Positions 18,773 to 29,839 of a DNA stretch of 64,000 nt are shown here, in pieces. A program made the translations under genes and the position numbers. The DNA lies in IMG/VR virus record IMGVR_UViG_3300022213_000237, positions 32,001 to 96,000 of that record. One strand, given 5' to 3'. The notes under the pieces were generated by a model. It was not told the origin of the DNA. It saw nothing but the letters and a program-made list of their open reading frames with translations, and did no database searches. The DNA comes from a virus. The first letter of the stretch is position 1; each line of letters begins with the position of its first letter.

Positions 18773-19037
18773 CGGTACAAGCTTCTCGTCTGTTGTCAAC
18801 TGATATCGCCGCCTCTATCAGCTTCCAGTTGGGTGAAGCTGTACCGTCCTTGAGCATTGGAATACCTTCGGGTGTGAGTATGAACACATAATAGAGACCG
18901 TATGGGTCCTTTACGTCGTAAGCCCAGGCGATATGGCGAGAGCATTCTCCTCCGGGAGGAAAGTAATAGACCACCTTCCAACCCCTCTTCTTGTCTGTCT
19001 TGGGGTCGGTGTAGCCCCAGATTTCGCCCGGCTTCAT
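18759..19037 (-). CDS. Hypothetical protein
   Basis: 92 aa ORF in the - strand run. Confidence 0.5.
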   Translation of the reverse strand: MKPGEIWGYTDPKTDKKRGWKVVYYFPPGGECSRHIAWAYDVKDPYGLYYVFILTPEGIPMLKDGTASPNWKLIEAAISVDNRREACTVTRC

Positions 19038-19070
19038 GTCGTAGCCTCAGAAGCCATAATCGGGGTCTTG

Positions 19071-20063
19071 TTAATCATCCTCTGGAATATCCTTCGTGAG
19101 TGCGGTGAAGATTTGTGTCTGTGCGGGCGCTGGGGTCTTAGACACTAGGCGCTTAAACCGCCTACCTGCTTCGGAGCTAATGGCTTTGATTGCTTCCTTT
19201 GAGGCAACGATTTCGTCCCGCCCTTCGACGAGCACGTCTTCGACCATTAGGGTAATAAACTCTTGGGTATCCTTAATACTTACATCACGGCCCAGTTTGG
19301 CTTTCAGCTTGTCGACCACGTGTTCCGCACGACCTTCCGTAACCCACTCCTCCGCGATGTCTTGAGCCTTAGTTAGGAGTTCTAACTTCTCTGGCGAGGC
19401 GTTTGTATCTCGTTTGGAGCGTCGTTCCGAGAACTCGGGGCGTTTGTGTTTGGCAATAAGCCGTTCACCATTATTTGTTCTCACCTCAATGGGCGGCCTG
19501 ATGACAATGCCCTCAGAGATTTTGGGTTCTAGAATACCGTTACGTGCTGCCTGTCTGCTCGGCAGGTCCCGCTCTCGATCGAGAGTGGGTATGTCCGCGT
19601 CCACTAGATTCCAGGCCACGAATTGTAGTCCTAACTTGGACACAAGGAATTCAGCTTGCTCCACGCCCAACCATTTCTTGGTGGTGTCTAAGTCGTCAGA
19701 CATCAAGACATCGAAGGCCACGAACTTCAACTTGTCGCCATAGGTGTCTTTCATGCCCTGCCACTTACCACCATAGGCCTCACCGAAGACCACCATTTTC
19801 TCCACGCCCAACTCAAGGAATCGGCGTTTCAGGTCTTCGACGTCGAAGACGGCCACGAAGTTATCGTGTTTCTCTCCACCGGAAAAGAAGGTGATTTCCG
19901 CTTCCACTTGTTGGGGGCCATCGTCGGTAAGTGGCGGCCCAACTACTTTACGCCTCAAACTAATATGGGCGGAAGTGCCGTGAATTTTTTCGAGGGCGTA
20001 AACTTGCTTGAATGCAAGGACTTTATTGTTCTTGTATAGGTTGTCAATTTTGAGGTAGCCCAT
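19071..20063 (-). CDS. RNA ligase, Rnl2 family
   Basis: Motif I EKIHGT, III FGEAYG, IIIa FVAFDV, IV SEGIVIRP, V IAKHK..FSE. Confidence 0.85.
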   Translation of the reverse strand: MGYLKIDNLYKNNKVLAFKQVYALEKIHGTSAHISLRRKVVGPPLTDDGPQQVEAEITFFSGGEKHDNFVAVFDVEDLKRRFLELGVEKMVVFGEAYGGKWQGMKDTYGDKLKFVAFDVLMSDDLDTTKKWLGVEQAEFLVSKLGLQFVAWNLVDADIPTLDRERDLPSRQAARNGILEPKISEGIVIRPPIEVRTNNGERLIAKHKRPEFSERRSKRDTNASPEKLELLTKAQDIAEEWVTEGRAEHVVDKLKAKLGRDVSIKDTQEFITLMVEDVLVEGRDEIVASKEAIKAISSEAGRRFKRLVSKTPAPAQTQIFTALTKDIPEDD

Positions 20064-20064
20064 A

Positions 20065-20370
20065 TTACATTACCTCTGCGCGTGTGGTCGCGGTCTGAAT
20101 CCATGAGGTTTTGACAATGTTTACTACGCCATCGTCGAAACGCACGGGCGTGTAGCTGTCGCAGTCGGGTCCAACTACTTGGAACGTAAGGCCGGAGCCC
20201 CGTACACGGCGACGCTCTCCGGGTGAGAAAGATGCAGGACCTCCAAAGAGTTTGGCCACCAACAACGAAATTAGCCCCACGATTGCCATGAATCCGCCCC
20301 AGACCGCACTTGCTACCAGGAACTTGGTATCGCCGTCTAAGGTATTGAAGTTCTCAAAAATTGTGTCCAT
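20065..20370 (-). CDS. Membrane hypothetical protein
   Basis: One TM segment; GATC 18 nt before ATG 20370. Confidence 0.55.
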   Translation of the reverse strand: MDTIFENFNTLDGDTKFLVASAVWGGFMAIVGLISLLVAKLFGGPASFSPGERRRVRGSGLTFQVVGPDCDSYTPVRFDDGVVNIVKTSWIQTATTRAEVM

Positions 20371-20379
20371 GGACACTTC

Positions 20380-20598
20380 TTAGCGGGAGATCGTAGGCCC
20401 AATCCAGGTTAGGGTGTCGTTCTTTAGCTCCACTAGCTTGGTGTTTTGGAGCATGCCGATAATTCGGTTGTAGGATTGAATGTCGAGAGTATTCATCATT
20501 CTCGCGTACAGGTGTCCATTCGGAATCGAACCCAGGGATTGAATTGCTTCCCCTACTGCCGCCACTAATTGGAGTGCCGCGTTTTGTTGTTTAGTCAT
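20380..20598 (-). CDS. Small winged-helix-like early protein
   Basis: IPNGHLYA...YNRIIGML pattern; TTGACA leaderless promoter (-35 at 20629-20634). Confidence 0.55.
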   Translation of the reverse strand: MTKQQNAALQLVAAVGEAIQSLGSIPNGHLYARMMNTLDIQSYNRIIGMLQNTKLVELKNDTLTWIGPTISR

Positions 20599-20630
20599 GA
20601 TTTCTTTCTATCAAAGAATTGGGGATCTTG

Positions 20631-21906
20631 TCAAGGGAAATAAAGAACGGGTTTATCTTCATTGGGATCTTTTATACGATTCAGCTCTTGAACCCATTCA
20701 TTTAGCGTCTTATCTGCTTGGATAACGTTGATGTCGATTAACTCCGGAGCATCTACATCCAGCGCTTTGCGTTGTTCGACCAATTGTTGGATGTCGTAGC
20801 TCAGACCCTCTCGGTCATCGGCATCGAGGTTTTTCCATTGGAGCATTCCCGCCGCGATTCGCGCCACTGCCATCGGGTAGTTCGTAACGAACGTTAAGGT
20901 ATTCAAGGGTAATAACCCTTTAAACCTGGCGGGCGCTCAAGGCCCTCAAAGCGGACGGCGCGAACAAGCTTTAAATCCTCAAGACCTGTCACAATAACGG
21001 TTTCTAATACTTGGCCGGTTTCATCGAGCGGGAAGAATTCATTGTGATTGGTCATGAGCAGGAATTTCATGTACTCGCTTTCGACCTCGTACACAGAGTA
21101 GACCCCGTCGTTGACGAGACACTTGACTTCGTACGGCAGCTTGTACAGACCCTCGTTCATGGTTCCTTGCCCAGTGCTTCTTCAGCGGCATCACTCAAGA
21201 TAGAATCAACACTCTCTATTGCGTCTTCAAGGGAGGTGAATCCGTCAATAACGTTCATTACCGTGATGGCGTACTGTCTCATCATTTCTTTCTGGGTTTT
21301 GGTAAGGTTTTCGGTCATGCGAAGAAGATGTTCGTTCAGTAGCGTACGCGCTGCGGCTAGGCGTTGTTCTATGTAGTAGTATTTTCGGGGCATTAGAGAC
21401 CTTTCAAGACCGGTACAGGATCTTCACCGCGCATGGCTATAGCCACAGACGCATAGGCCCGTACAATCTCTCGATTCTTAAGCTTACTCTTAACAGGTAG
21501 GGTCGCGGTCAGTACGGCAATAAGGAATTCAGCCGATGCACGCTCTAGGCGAAAATCATTAAGAAGAACATCAACCCCCTCAAATTCTCCGTTCCTTAAC
21601 AGAGGATCGATGAGATTGTAGACTTCTTGAATAGCTTCGTCAGTTTTACCGTCTCTATCCAACCCCAGGGCAGGAACCCACGACACACAATGTTCTAGCT
21701 TATCCACCGTTAATCTCCGTATTTAGAATTTCTTCCAAATCTCGTAAATCCTTGGTCACAGTTTCTAGTTCCAGCACTTCTCGAGCAACTTCGAGTGGCA
21801 TAGTTTGTTTTTCAATCCACGCAGCAAAATTGCTTCCAATTACTAAGTTCTGAACCATAAGGCGAGCCCTTTGGACCGTCTCATACCAACCATCTATTTT
21901 AGCCAC
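20631..21906 (-). other. Run of five small translationally coupled hypothetical genes (20631-20906, 20903-21160, 21157-21393, 21393-21707, 21700-21906)
   Basis: Overlapping stop/start codons, same strand. Confidence 0.65.
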
Positions 21907-22525
21907 GGACGCACCCCATGTTCTTTAAAGTGAGAGGATCGTGCCAAGCGTAGATGAGCGGCTCCCAGGAATTAGCTTGGGCATCACGTACTTTCTGAAC
22001 TACCTCGGCGATGGTGTCCACGCGCGTTGAAGGCCATCCGTAGTCCATATAGGCCCACGTGCCGTCGCGGAACTTAATCAGATTGACGTTGTGGCCACCG
22101 TAGCCAGCGTGGTCGGTCGAGCCAGGTTCTCCTTTGTTCTTCCACATGACCGTGAGAAGATACGTGGTCTCGATTCCGAGAGCTGACCGGGTGTTGTTTT
22201 GCAACTCGTTACGCATCACCGCTGCAGAATAGCGTCCGAATTCGTCGCAATCACCAATGAACTTCTCCGGCTCATTATCGGCCCGCCACTGAATGTGACC
22301 GATTGAACTAGTGGCATCCCACAGTTCCCGCCATGAATCCGCACGCCATTTAAGTGTGCGAATATAGCTAACCAAATCGCTTAGCGATTCGAAGCGTTTA
22401 AGCGGGGTGTTACGGGTTTTGCGTTGCCAGATCAGGGCATAAAGGTTCGACCAAAACCGCATTACGCCCGCGCGGAAGTAAAACCACAACAATGCCGATA
22501 ACAGGAAGTCTTTTGCTTTGCTCAT
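21899..22525 (-). CDS. Transglutaminase-like/papain-fold cysteine enzyme
   Basis: GDCDEF (Cys), GGHNV (His), YMDY (Asp) in triad order. Confidence 0.55.
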   Translation of the reverse strand: MSKAKDFLLSALLWFYFRAGVMRFWSNLYALIWQRKTRNTPLKRFESLSDLVSYIRTLKWRADSWRELWDATSSIGHIQWRADNEPEKFIGDCDEFGRYSAAVMRNELQNNTRSALGIETTYLLTVMWKNKGEPGSTDHAGYGGHNVNLIKFRDGTWAYMDYGWPSTRVDTIAEVVQKVRDAQANSWEPLIYAWHDPLTLKNMGCVRG

Positions 22526-22550
22526 GCTTCCTGTTATTGCGGGTAGATCT

Positions 22551-23177
22551 TTAAGAATCGAAGCCGAAAATCATACGCACGTTTTCGCCGCCGTATTTGG
22601 TAGCAAGCTCTTTAACTGCGGCAATAAAGTCATCAAGGCCATCGGGTGCGTCCCAAGAGGTACGCACGTGCGTGGCGTCGCTTCGTGTGGCGAATTCATC
22701 CTCTTCGACGACAACGACACCTGGCCCTGCGATGTCCCCGCTCCAACTCGTGGGCATGATTCCAGCACGCAATGCCCTGTAGGCGGGGACATCCAGCACT
22801 CCATACTGGGTTCGGCGCGGTCGCGGGTGCGCGAGGATTTCTGCGAAAGTAGCATACCCTTGGCTATGGTCACCTAGGTCGTGACCATCGATTTGATCAC
22901 CTTCGTCGTCCCACTCCGGCTCCACATATTCAAAGTCTTCAGGAAAGCCGCGATCCGAGGTAAGTGGCGCAACTGGATCGAAGGTTTTAATTCCCGCAAA
23001 ACCATAGCCGTTACGAACGTCGGCCAGCCACGCAAACCAGTAGTAATTGCGGTCACGACCATATTTGAACTCCCCGCCCACATCTTTGTTTGTCTTGAAA
23101 TCGTACTTAGCGGTTTCGACATCAATCCATTTGTTGTCTTGCTTGCGTTGTACTATGTAGTGAATGTCTGTTCCCAT
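22551..23177 (-). CDS. Conserved phage hypothetical protein
   Basis: MGTDIH...RNYYWFAWLADVRN...DHS...RMIFGFDS family motifs. Confidence 0.75.
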   Translation of the reverse strand: MGTDIHYIVQRKQDNKWIDVETAKYDFKTNKDVGGEFKYGRDRNYYWFAWLADVRNGYGFAGIKTFDPVAPLTSDRGFPEDFEYVEPEWDDEGDQIDGHDLGDHSQGYATFAEILAHPRPRRTQYGVLDVPAYRALRAGIMPTSWSGDIAGPGVVVVEEDEFATRSDATHVRTSWDAPDGLDDFIAAVKELATKYGGENVRMIFGFDS

Positions 23178-23198
23178 GATTTATCCTTTATCTGTAGA

Positions 23199-23894
23199 TC
23201 AAGAACCCGAACCCAATCGTCCCGCACCAGCACCCAGTTTGCCTTCGGTGCCGAGACTAATGGATTGACCTGCGGCACGACCCGCAGCACGTGCACCCGC
23301 ATCAAACCCACTACGAGCGACTCGTTTTCTGGTACGGAGATTGGAGGCAAACCAGCGTTCGACCGCCTCGTCGTTAGAGGCAATGCGTGCCAACGCCGTG
23401 CTCTTGCCGTCGGCGGCAGCCTTCGCCTTAAACTCTTCGCTGTCTTTCTTCAAGCGTTCGGCAAGGGCATCGACCACACCTAGCCGGAAGTTATTGCACC
23501 ACGTACGACCGTAGCTATTGTTGGCTAATTTGAGTAGCCGGTCTGTCTCGTTGATGAGCCAGCGATACATGTATCGCACCGTGTCCGCATCTGATTTGCG
23601 ACCCACGATTGAAAGCCCTTCAGTACCAAAGACGTAGACCTTACATCCGTTGGCTCTAGCCAGTACGGTCGCGAGCCTCGACTTCCAGGTCGAAGTAGAG
23701 TTATCAAGCAGGTCGTTTCTGAAGTCTTGGATTTGCTCCTCTTGGGTGCCGACTTCCAGAGTAGCGGCATCAAGACGGTATTCGTCCATGATACGCTGGG
23801 CGAGGGACATGGCGGCCGCCGCCTCGTGAACGTTGTCGGACTTGGAGAGGCGTAGTAGCTTCTGGACTCGGTCAACGGCTTCGGCTAAGTTCAT
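23199..23894 (-). CDS. DUF2786-domain protein
   Basis: RVQKLLRLSKSDNVHEAAAAMSLAQRIMDEY is the typical DUF2786 N-terminus; TTGACA leaderless promoter. Confidence 0.8.
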   Translation of the reverse strand: MNLAEAVDRVQKLLRLSKSDNVHEAAAAMSLAQRIMDEYRLDAATLEVGTQEEQIQDFRNDLLDNSTSTWKSRLATVLARANGCKVYVFGTEGLSIVGRKSDADTVRYMYRWLINETDRLLKLANNSYGRTWCNNFRLGVVDALAERLKKDSEEFKAKAAADGKSTALARIASNDEAVERWFASNLRTRKRVARSGFDAGARAAGRAAGQSISLGTEGKLGAGAGRLGSGS

Positions 23895-23943
23895 GGCTCA
23901 CTTATACCATTAAAGAGAATCGCTTGTCAAGTTCTTAAGCGGC

Positions 23944-24126
23944 TCATTTCTTCACCACACACCAGTCGGCGTGAATCGACTTAGCTTTCTCGGCTCCGCA
24001 AACGCACTTAGGCTTGAATTCGTAGCGAAGCATACGCGCCTCTTTCCATGTTTGTGATTCGTTCCCCGGCTCCCACAACCACTCGGCGAAAGCTTGTAAC
24101 TCTTCGGGGGTTACTTCTGACATCAT
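23944..24126 (-). CDS. Small protein with C-terminal CxCGA...HxxWC tag
   Basis: Ends CVCGAEKAKSIHADWCVVKK. Confidence 0.6.
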   Translation of the reverse strand: MMSEVTPEELQAFAEWLWEPGNESQTWKEARMLRYEFKPKCVCGAEKAKSIHADWCVVKK

Positions 24127-24174
24127 GGATGCGGCTCCGTTTTAAAGTTATCCCGATTTAGAGCGTCATGATCT

Positions 24175-25056
24175 CTAGATTTTGTCGTACCGGAACATAT
24201 CCTCTTCAGCACAGTCTTTCTCTGCCGCCGCAACATAAGCACGGAAGGCTTTGACCATGTGGGCGTATATTTGGTCATACTCTACGTCATCCACTTGATA
24301 CTCGTGAATAGAGTTAGTGAGTATATCCATTAGCTCGCGAACTACGGTGTTCTCCATGCCACTAAAATGGTCGCGTGGAGTCACGATAACTGTGTGGCCG
24401 GAATCGATTATTTCCTTCGCTACGGCAGCCGCTTCTTCGTAAGTTTTGTGCAAAGAGCCGTATTCTTGGCTTCCTACGCGCACTTCGTATATGGTTTTGA
24501 TTTTCTTGGTCATAATTCACCGTATTTTCTTCGCGTAGTCCCAATCAGGGCAGATCCTGTAGCGAGCGAAAGGGTCGTTTTGGAGCCGCAGCTGGCCCAC
24601 AGTCACGGTCCCATTAGCCAACGCTTTCGCGTCGGCGGCACGGGATGCGGCTTTCTCTTCAGAACGCTTAGTGGGTTTGAAGTGCTTTGGTTTCCGTTTC
24701 ATGGATAGTCTATATGGAGTGGATCAATTTTTACGAAATAGTTCGGAGTACAAATAAATTCTCAGCTCGTTTGTGTCCATATTAGCCAATTCGCTTGTTT
24801 CTTTAACGGTTAGCGATCTTTTGAACTTACGTTCTAATTCAGCCGTCAGCCAATTAAGAATCGCAGACCTGTGGCCACGGCGCTCGTATCGCTGGTTCTC
24901 TAAATCTTCGGTGTGGCGCCTTCTGAATTCTTCTAGCTCTAATACAATCCAAATCCCGTAAAAGCCTATCACACATACAAGCTGTTTTACCGGCTCAACA
25001 TCTGAATTAATGAGAGCGATAGTCGCAACGATGGCGATGAACGGCTTAAGCAGCAT
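24175..25056 (-). other. Three small hypothetical genes (24175-24513, 24517-24702, 24724-25056)
   Basis: Tightly packed ORFs; the last has N-terminal TM segments. Confidence 0.6.
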
Positions 25057-27373
25057 TTTGGACCCCCTCGTCAGACTTCACATATTCGAAGGTATAGCCG
25101 CCAGCGGTTTTATTTTTACCAGTCAATACCTGAGAGATCGAAGTTCTGTGGATGCCCAGAGCGAGCGAAGCTTTCTTTACGCTATTGTATATTGTTTTGT
25201 TTTGGTGACAATATATCTTCACACTTTTAGATTGACTAAGAGTCTGACCTCGGCATTGTGGGCATGTCGTATTGTTACGGGATCTTTTATTAACGTTTCT
25301 AAAACTATTTTCAAATTCGTGCCCAGTCGGACACCTCATCTTAAATGCTGTTGTAGTGTCTGTATAGACCCCAATCCTTTGAATATTCTTTTGTTGTAAT
25401 ACCAAATCTACTTCTTGTTCGGATAACGGGGCATTAGGAATAAAATACAATTCTTTTATCAAATCAGGATACTTTCTATTAGCGATATGATAAACAGCTT
25501 TGTCGTTAGACGATAGTAAGTCTTTGACCGATCTATATTTTTTAAGAATAGAATAGACCTCATCTTGTGTTCTTTGACGAATACGGTTTGGAAAGACTTC
25601 ATTTACCAAGCCTTCATGGTATTTGCAGGCTGCAACATAGGCACCTGGTGACAGCGCTTTTGCTTCTTTAAGAGTGGGGTGCTTCTGTAATTCTTCTTTA
25701 CAGTTTTCTCGATTATTTCTCCAATGTCCCGGCTCAACAGACAACTTGCTCCAGTTAGGTAGAATGGTATACAGTTTTTTTAAAAAATCATTACATGAAG
25801 CGTTCTTGGACCATCGGTACCATCTAACGCTTTCTTGAAGACCCTCAGGAAAATCACTCTTAGTTGCTTTATAATCTTCAAACTTACCCGCCTCTTCTTT
25901 CTCCTTCCTCAATTTTCGTGCAAACACCAAAATCTTCTCTTTAGTCTCCTCAACCCGCGCAAACTCCTCAGACATCCATCGCTTAGTCTCAGTAAACGTG
26001 CTCCAGGCATAGGGTTCAAATTCACCGTGGTCGACATGCTTAAGGTCTTGGAACGTATAAAACCGAGGTAGATTGACTTTAGGTGGTGTTTTAGGTCGTT
26101 CGTTCTTTTCTCCGTTACCGCGTTGCTCACGAACAACCCGCTCGATGTCACCAGCAACCGGAATAGCTCTATGCTTCCATGAACCATCGTAAGCTTCAAA
26201 TACCTTCCGCGTACCCATGGCCATCACAAAGGACATAACGTGGTGAGTTAAAGGCGCTGTTGCCGTGGGAGTGACTTTGATGAAGAGTTTTTCTTCTTTG
26301 GGTTTCTTCTCGGAGACGCGAACCAACCTACATAGAGCCTGGAAGTTCTTGTCAGGATTCATGGTGCAGCTAATGTCTACGATATTAAACAGTTCAGTGT
26401 AGTCAAAACCCAAAGTTGCTCGATTCACAACAATCAAAACCGGTTCGGGGCCGGTTTTAAACTGCGTGACATTAGCGCTGTCTTTGTCTGAATCTGACGT
26501 CGACACCAATGCATCGATACCAAAGCTTTTGAGCACCCTCTTGGCTGCATACGCCTGACTTTGTCGGTTACAAATGACCAGAGTCTTTTGCAAATGTCGT
26601 TCAAAGAACGCCTTGGCGGCATTACCCAATACACCCTTATTCCAGTTCGGAGTCTTGACGGGATGTTTAAGCCGTTTTACAAACAAATCACATAGTTTAG
26701 CAAAGCTATCAGTGAGTGCTAACCTAACCTGCTCGTCGGTCATCTCGACTTCTTGTCGTAGATCCTCGTCGCCGTTGTAATCGTCCATCGTAAACGGTAG
26801 CGCCGTCTGTACTAATTCAATGTAAGGGTCCTTCAATACTTCATAATCAAGCAATTCGCATGCCGTTACACAGCGCATGGGGAAGTTCTTAGCCTTAATG
26901 AAGGGGCTGGGAGTACCGGTAAGACAAAGAACCTTGGCGCGTGGATTCTTCTTAATGAATCTCTGTACCATTCCGTCTTCTTTGTCCGTGTCTTTGGCAA
27001 AGAAAAAGTGGTGCGCTTCGTCTACTACGATAAGTCCGTAATCGGTCGGAATCTTCCTCATTTTGAAGAAGTGTGGAATTGCGACCTGGATTTGTGCGTC
27101 TACTGGCGCACACGTCAATTCCGCAAAAGAATATTTCACTTCCAGGCGCTCAAGACGTTCGTAGAACTGCTCTCGCAGTACGGTTTGGCCGTGGGCAAAC
27201 ACCAACACTTTGGATGTGGGATTATCGCGCAAGAAGCGTTTAATAATCTCAATTGCCATGTTGGTCTTGCCGGCACCGGGCGTGGCAGCAAGTACGGCAC
27301 CACCAGAGGGGTCAGTTTTTATAAGTTCGTAGACTTCACCAACTAGCTTATCTTGGTAACTGTAATCAGTCAT
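25046..27373 (-). CDS. Superfamily II DExH helicase fused to Zn-ribbon and NUMOD1-like DNA-binding domains
   Basis: TPGAGKT, VDEAHH, TGTP, motif V GFD, motif VI QALCRLVR; C-terminal CPTGHEF..CPQC and IYCHQNKTIYNSVKKAS...TAGGYTFEY. Confidence 0.8.
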   Translation of the reverse strand: MTDYSYQDKLVGEVYELIKTDPSGGAVLAATPGAGKTNMAIEIIKRFLRDNPTSKVLVFAHGQTVLREQFYERLERLEVKYSFAELTCAPVDAQIQVAIPHFFKMRKIPTDYGLIVVDEAHHFFFAKDTDKEDGMVQRFIKKNPRAKVLCLTGTPSPFIKAKNFPMRCVTACELLDYEVLKDPYIELVQTALPFTMDDYNGDEDLRQEVEMTDEQVRLALTDSFAKLCDLFVKRLKHPVKTPNWNKGVLGNAAKAFFERHLQKTLVICNRQSQAYAAKRVLKSFGIDALVSTSDSDKDSANVTQFKTGPEPVLIVVNRATLGFDYTELFNIVDISCTMNPDKNFQALCRLVRVSEKKPKEEKLFIKVTPTATAPLTHHVMSFVMAMGTRKVFEAYDGSWKHRAIPVAGDIERVVREQRGNGEKNERPKTPPKVNLPRFYTFQDLKHVDHGEFEPYAWSTFTETKRWMSEEFARVEETKEKILVFARKLRKEKEEAGKFEDYKATKSDFPEGLQESVRWYRWSKNASCNDFLKKLYTILPNWSKLSVEPGHWRNNRENCKEELQKHPTLKEAKALSPGAYVAACKYHEGLVNEVFPNRIRQRTQDEVYSILKKYRSVKDLLSSNDKAVYHIANRKYPDLIKELYFIPNAPLSEQEVDLVLQQKNIQRIGVYTDTTTAFKMRCPTGHEFENSFRNVNKRSRNNTTCPQCRGQTLSQSKSVKIYCHQNKTIYNSVKKASLALGIHRTSISQVLTGKNKTAGGYTFEYVKSDEGVQNAA

Positions 27374-27421
27374 AAGGTATTTATACCGTACCGACTGGAT
27401 CTAGTCAAGGATCTTCAACTT

Positions 27422-28865
27422 TCAACGAGAAGAGGTTCCCTTGCCATCACAGGTTTGGCATAAACGAGAACAACCATGTGAGCCATCGAACCATGTGCCC
27501 TCACCGCGACACTCCTTACAATACCGGCGGTGCTTCGCCGTATTGATTTGAATCTGGCCAACCACGTCTTCAATGCAGTCGTGCAATAGACGACGAACAT
27601 CGTGCATGTTGTCGCCAAACTCGGACGCCTTGTCGTGCGCCTTGTCGAGGAGCTTTAGAAGCGCGTCGAGGTTCTGGTTTTCTTCGACTTTAGTTTTCAT
27701 GTTTCCTCCGGTCTACGTGCGCCATCAAGGATTTCTAATCCGGTCTTAATGGCATCAATAAAGGTCCAACCCGCTGGCGTCTTGGCTTTCATACTCGCGG
27801 GACGATTAATATTCTCGTAGGCGCGATAGAAGCGGTCAAACTCTACGTCTCGGGCCATAAACTCTTTGACGTCTTCGGGTTTCACCCCGCCACCAGGAAG
27901 TAGGCAACTGCTGAATAGGAAAGAACCGCAAAGAGAACAGCAAGCACAGCTAAGTCGATAACGTTGCGTAGGTTCATACCTCTAAACTAGCCTGTGGATC
28001 TGTTTCGGACCATAAATCTCCAGACTCGAACTCACGATCAGCTACAGCCCACCACAAAACACCTTGTTCTTCGCCAACTAATTTTTGGGTAAGCCAATCC
28101 TTTTGCTGGGTGTTTACGAAATAAATCGTTTGTCCAATTGGAGGAATCTTATAAGGCATGTCTGACATATCGTACAATTTGGTGGTGAATTGTCCATTTT
28201 ATCGGACAATCAAGACAAACAGGCAATAGAGGTCGTCGTTCATTTGCTATCCCCGATCGCTTTGGCGATGGCGGTGGCAATGGCATCGTCCAACAGCGAA
28301 CTGCCGCCACGAGTCTCATCTAAAAGAGATGGACACTCTCCCTTGACGAGCGCCACCAACTCCTCAAGGCACGCAAGCAAATCCGGTGCGGCGGCAATGA
28401 GGCGCGCGTTGGCTTCGTCCGGGTCTCGAATCGCTGCGACGGTTCCGTAAGCCGAGACCACATCCCATCGAAGCATTCGATGAAGGTCTACAGCCACGGG
28501 CCCGCTTCCCAAAATCACCTTCGACACCGCTTTCCACGGCCCAGGCGTAAATTTTGCGCTCACAGCACACCGCCTCTCAACTTAGCCACGGCCACCACCT
28601 GCTGGGCGGCGCGTACCCAGTTCTCGGGCGTAAGGCTCCAGGCCTCGCACGCGATTCTCATCTTGCACAATTCATTGAATCGGGTGTTAGTGGCGTCGGC
28701 AGGCGCAAATTTTGCGCTCATGGCCTTCCATTCCTTGCGTAGTGAGGAGAACTCCGCGCGTTGCTCAAGCAGCAACACCATCTCGTTATAAGCGGTTTCG
28801 ATCGCGTTCTCGTGTTGGAACTGAAGGGCTTCTAGCTCTGCTGGATCGTTGTAATAAAGTGTCAT
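27422..28865 (-). other. Small hypothetical genes (27422-27700 with a DnaJ-like CxxCxGxG pair, 27697-27885, 27974-28177, 28240-28563, 28560-28865)
   Basis: 28240-28563 has the common phage motif FTPGPW...ANARLIAAAPDLL; 28865 start follows a TTGACA promoter. Confidence 0.65.
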
Positions 28866-28872
28866 GGTGTAG

Positions 28873-29424
28873 TTATACAGGATCTTGTGGGGTTGTGTCA
28901 AGCTCTTCTTCCCATGCGGGATTGATTATCTCCATGTCGAGAAAATCCTGTAGCATCGCAAAGGAACTGACCGTGTATCCAATCTTCATGTGAAATTCGG
29001 CATACTCTCGTTGGGTGAGAACCTTCTTCGTGTGGTAGTCGAGACGTAGCTTATTCAAGTCGATTACGCCACCGTCCACAAGCTTGGAGAGCAGTGGGTC
29101 GGGGACAAAACGCTGTTGACCCTTTTCGTCGAAATACGTCGTATAATGGTCTTTGCCGACCTTGACCATGACGTATACCGGCGATTCTGGTACTTCCGCT
29201 TTGGCCATCTTGTACAGAGCCATCACAAAGTTCACAAAATTGTCTTCATTGTAGAAGGGGTCGGCGTCAGTGCCACTGATCTTCTCGTACATCTCCGCAT
29301 CAAAGCCGTATAGCGCATTCATGAAAAACTGACCAGGCCGTTGACCGTTTAACGCCATTTCTAGCTGTGTCCATTTGTCTTGCGTGGCTTCAAACCAGGC
29401 TTTGACTTCGCTGAGAGTTTTCAT
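28873..29424 (-). CDS. Hypothetical protein (two small phage domains)
   Basis: QRPGQFFMNAL...ADPFY and DEKGQQRF...IDLNKL...IGY. Confidence 0.6.
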   Translation of the reverse strand: MKTLSEVKAWFEATQDKWTQLEMALNGQRPGQFFMNALYGFDAEMYEKISGTDADPFYNEDNFVNFVMALYKMAKAEVPESPVYVMVKVGKDHYTTYFDEKGQQRFVPDPLLSKLVDGGVIDLNKLRLDYHTKKVLTQREYAEFHMKIGYTVSSFAMLQDFLDMEIINPAWEEELDTTPQDPV

Positions 29425-29800
29425 TTGTTTCTCGTCCTGAATGCGTGTATGACTTCGGTCTCTAACTCGGTGCGGAAGGAGCAAAAGTCGCCGTCAATGG
29501 AGTATTCACGTTCCTGCTGTTTCCTCACAACGGAAAGCGTTTTGAGGAGAATGATGATTGGTATGAGGGTGAACACCACAATCACGATATCGACGAAGTT
29601 CATACTTCCTCTACTAGATCAATTACGAGTTCGTCGTCAAGTTCCTCGGCAATCATTTCTCCTAATGTGGCCGCACGTTTTGCGCGTTCATTTAATTCGA
29701 TCATGATCGCCATTGGAGACCAACCCATGGCGCCCAGCACTCTAACGGCTTCGTCGAAAGTAACTTTGTCCATGGTCAATGCATAGCTTGTGATCGTCAC

Positions 29801-29839
29801 TTGACTTCCGATAAAATGTTTTGTATAAAGGTACCCATG
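29801..29839 (+). promoter_or_regulatory. Early promoter cassette in inverted orientation
   Basis: TTGACT-TCCGATAAAATGTTTTG-TATAAA-GGTACCC-ATG; same 3' 17 nt as 11832 and 12630. Confidence 0.8.
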
